A program made the translations under genes and the position numbers. Shown piece after piece: positions 60,887 to 64,000 of a stretch of 64,000 nucleotides of DNA. Each line of letters opens with the position of its first letter. The first letter of the stretch is position 1. The notes under the pieces are model-generated. The model did no database searches. It was not told the DNA's origin and saw only the letters and a list, made by a program, of their open reading frames with translations. Source of the stretch: Massalongia carnosa (taxonomy: Eukaryota); NCBI GenBank assembly GCA_965645245.1, contig OZ287067.1:2728001-2792000 (forward strand), written 5' to 3'.

Positions 60887-62669
60887 ATGGAAAAGTTTGC
60901 TGAAGCTGAAAATAAAACTTCGGCGTTGGTCGTGCTTGATCTTTCCATCAACGACACTGCTGCCGTTGGTGAAATCAATCCTTCCGGTCATCGACAGGAG
61001 CTTCAGAGAAATTATGGCTTATGGAGCATCTGCGGCCTTGCAATTACCACGGGAAACACTTGGCTTGCACTCGGAGGGAGTATTGTAAGACGCCATAAGC
61101 CTCCTATTAGGCCTCCCCGAGGCCCTTTTGGCTGACCACCTATAGGTAGTTGCATTGTACAATGGCGGCTCCCCTGGCGTCATATACGAGCTGTTCGTTT
61201 CCTGCCTGATGGTAGACAGTGTTTGCGCTTACCAGCCCGCAGTATTGCTGTATCGGTCTTCTATTGGCTCATTGCCGCCTCGGTTGCCGAGCTTGCCTCG
61301 GCCATGCCTTCATCTAGCGGCGGTTCGTGGATCATCAGCTCTATGCATATAGTTGCAGCAACGCTGATACGTTGATAGTGTACCACTGGGCTACAGTGAC
61401 GGCAGGGCGGTATGGTCGCGGGTGTGGCTGGTTCGCTGGGTGGTGGAATTTACTGGCATGGATTTTTGGCGCCGCATCAGTCTCAGCCATCCTTGGAAAC
61501 ATGACTGTGTCCATGTATGCGGCTTTCCATGCCGGTTTTGTGGTACAGAAATGGCATATCTTCGTGAGCTATATCATCTGCACATGGATCTCGTGCGCTA
61601 CAGTCCTGTTTGCGAACAAGGCACTTCCTCGCCTCCAAACTCTAGGCCTGATCTTTATCGTTGCAGGAGTTTTTATCTCCATCCTCGTCTGCGCTGTCAT
61701 GCCGCACGTCAACGGCACGCCCTATGCATCTAACGCTTCTGTCTGGAGAGACTGGGAGAACCAGACAGGCTATTCGAGCGATGGGTTCGTGTTTCTGGCT
61801 GGCATGCTTAACGGTGCCTATGCGGTCGGGACTCCAGACTGCGTCTCTCACCTTGCGGAAGAAATTCCAAAGTGAACAAACATCCTAACCCTTACTTAAA
61901 AACTCATGCTGACCCTAGCAGCCCAAGCGTCAACATTCCTAAAGCTATTCTGGCCCAAACAAGCATCGGCTTCGTCACCGCTCTCCTTTACTCCATCACA
62001 ATCCTCTACTCCATTCACGACTTTTCCGCCGTTGCCGCCAGCGGCACATATCCGCTCGCTGAAATTTACCGCCAAGCCACTGGATCCCGCGGCGGCGCCC
62101 TGGCTCTCCTCATCCTCGCCTTCATTCCCACCTTGCTCACTCTGATCGGCTGCTATATCACCGCTGGCCGCATGTTTTGGACGCTCGCGCGCGATCGTGC
62201 CATGCCCTTTAGCGCTACATTCGCCCACGTCAGCCATGCGCACCGAAATCCGTTTAGGGCCACCCTGCTCTGCGGCGCCATATGTACTGTGCTGGGCTGT
62301 ATCTACGTCGGGTCCTCGACGGCCTTCAACGCATTTGTCGGTAGCTACGTGCAGCTATCCACGCTTTCTTATCTCTCCGCTATCCTCCCCCACCTACTCT
62401 CGCGCCGCCGAAATGTGGTTCACGGATGGTTCTGGATGCGGGGGATGATGGGGTACGCGGTCAATACTGTTAGTTGTTTGTATATTGTCGTCTTCATCGT
62501 CATATTTTCCCTCCCCTACTCGCTGCCTGTACATGCCGGGTCAATGAACTACACATCATTGATCACAGGCGGGCTGTCGCTATTTGTTGCTGCCTGGGGG
62601 TTCGTGCGGAGGAGGGAGTACGTAGGGCCCAAGGGAGTGTTGTTGGAAAAAATGGCAGTCGCGCGATAG
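60887..62669 (+). CDS. APC-superfamily amino acid/choline/GABA permease, multi-exon
   Basis: GHRQELQRNYGLWSICG; YHWATVTAG; GTPDCVSHLAEEIP; LARDRAMPFS; MNYTS. Confidence 0.9.
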
Positions 62670-63410
62670 AAGAATTTCAAAACATCATATGTTAGTTAGA
62701 GCAGAAAAACTGATAATGGGGATAAACATCGACGGGTCTTTGCTTGGGAAAGGGGCCTCGTTCCAATCCATTCAATGGATTTAATACAACAAGGTCAGCC
62801 TTTTACAGTCCAATCCTCACACATTCGCGCTTTGAACCTCCCAATCTCGTTTCCGATATGTAGGCTGGTAGAAAAAAGATAAGAAAAAATACCCAGTTCT
62901 CGGCCCAGTCCAGTAGAGAGGGTAGGTCAACCAATCAAACAGGATTCCGAACTTATACTAGAAGACAGACTTTGGACGTTAGGCTACAACCCCGATTTAC
63001 TTCCAGTCTTTCTGGTATGTGAGTCAGCCGCTAAGCTAAAGGAGAAAAACAGAGCGGAGAAATATTGATAAAATCATGTCTTGGCGGAAGAGAACCTCCT
63101 GTTTGCAAGACGAAGGACAAAAGAGAATTGTTTTTAGTATGCGGCTCTCGTTGCGTCAAGTCTTGAGCCGAGAACCTAATATCTTTACACATTTTTATTT
63201 CGGCAAACTATCACTCATTGTTCTCTTTTCCTCCTTGTTGGATCTTCTTGATAGGGGGATGAGGATATCTTTCTCGTGGAATGATAAAGGCATAAATATC
63301 ATGTGAGTGAGAAACTGAAACAGTTTGATATCCGCAAGATAACTTTGGAGAAACAGGCTCAAGATCACCGGGTGGGGAAGAAATCACAACATAACTGCAC
63401 ATTGGGATTT

Positions 63411-64000
63411 TCATCTCATGGCCTTGTGAAGGAGAGGTGCGACTTGCTTCCGGCTTTTCGACACGTCTTTCTGAAGCCAGATCTTCCGCGCTAGGAGTTC
63501 CTCGTCTCTTGACTGGGAATCCGGACCGCTGTTGAGAGAAATCCCATCTACATCCAAGTCTTCCAGACCCAGTTCCTCACCCGCGAGTTGTGAGAATCTG
63601 GATATGGCTTCGGAGCCGGGGCGCGATGCTGCCTGCATAAACAGTTCTCGGCGAAACTGTTGGTCAGGGGAGTGGGAGATGGTCATGATAGCAAAGATTG
63701 CGAGGTCTCTTGATTTTATGAAATTATTGATTGCGGCGTCGAATACACCTTCTTCATCGGGTTGTGAGAGTGTTTTTCGAACCTTGGTGACGAGAAAGTC
63801 GAGAGGCTTCACAACGGAACTGATGCCCAGTTTCATTCCATTTTCCGTCCATGCTTTGTAGTCTTTCCGTAAAATTTCGTCCACTTCCAAATCGTTGATG
63901 TTATTTTTTGCTTCGTTGATTTCATTGTAGAATTCATCCCTACTCCATGTCTTTGCATCTTTCGGTGATGACTTAATCTTCGCTTCAAGATATTCTACAG
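63411..64000 (-). CDS. PPX1: Exopolyphosphatase, C-terminal DHHA2 domain; the gene starts beyond the window end
   Basis: DEILRKDYK, LGISSVVK, FRREL, SRKQVAPLL. Confidence 0.88.
   Translation of the reverse strand, partial: VEYLEAKIKSSPKDAKTWSRDEFYNEINEAKNNINDLEVDEILRKDYKAWTENGMKLGISSVVKPLDFLVTKVRKTLSQPDEEGVFDAAINNFIKSRDLAIFAIMTISHSPDQQFRRELFMQAASRPGSEAISRFSQLAGEELGLEDLDVDGISLNSGPDSQSRDEELLARKIWLQKDVSKSRKQVAPLLHKAMR

Overview
Filamentous-ascomycete genomic DNA (GT-AG introns with CTRAC-type branch points), roughly 30% transposon-derived. Host genes: RLF2/CAC1 (5' part), a Zn2Cys6 regulator that appears to need a 2-nt microexon, an RTA1 protein, a KP4-like toxin pseudogene, a candidate organosulfur cluster (DszC/MsuC-like monooxygenase, GPR1/FUN34/YaaH channel, MDR-reductase::SfnG fusion), a heme-thiolate peroxygenase, an FMO, a MATE-like pseudogene, a GST, an HDA2/3-domain protein, a p24 protein, an APC permease and PPX1 (3' part). 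The main structure is an 8.8-kb transposon stack in the central TA of a 36-bp palindrome. It holds a pogo/Fot1 element whose right TIR has captured a chromovirus integrase and supplies its start and stop codons. Next to it is a Tc1 element carrying a tyrosine-recombinase retrotransposon whose joined ends form a lox-like site rather than classical terminal repeats. There are also two further pogo elements, three 5'-truncated LINEs, a solo LTR and two MITE-like elements, with TIRs or TSDs read directly. Protein family calls come from motif recognition only; no database search was run.
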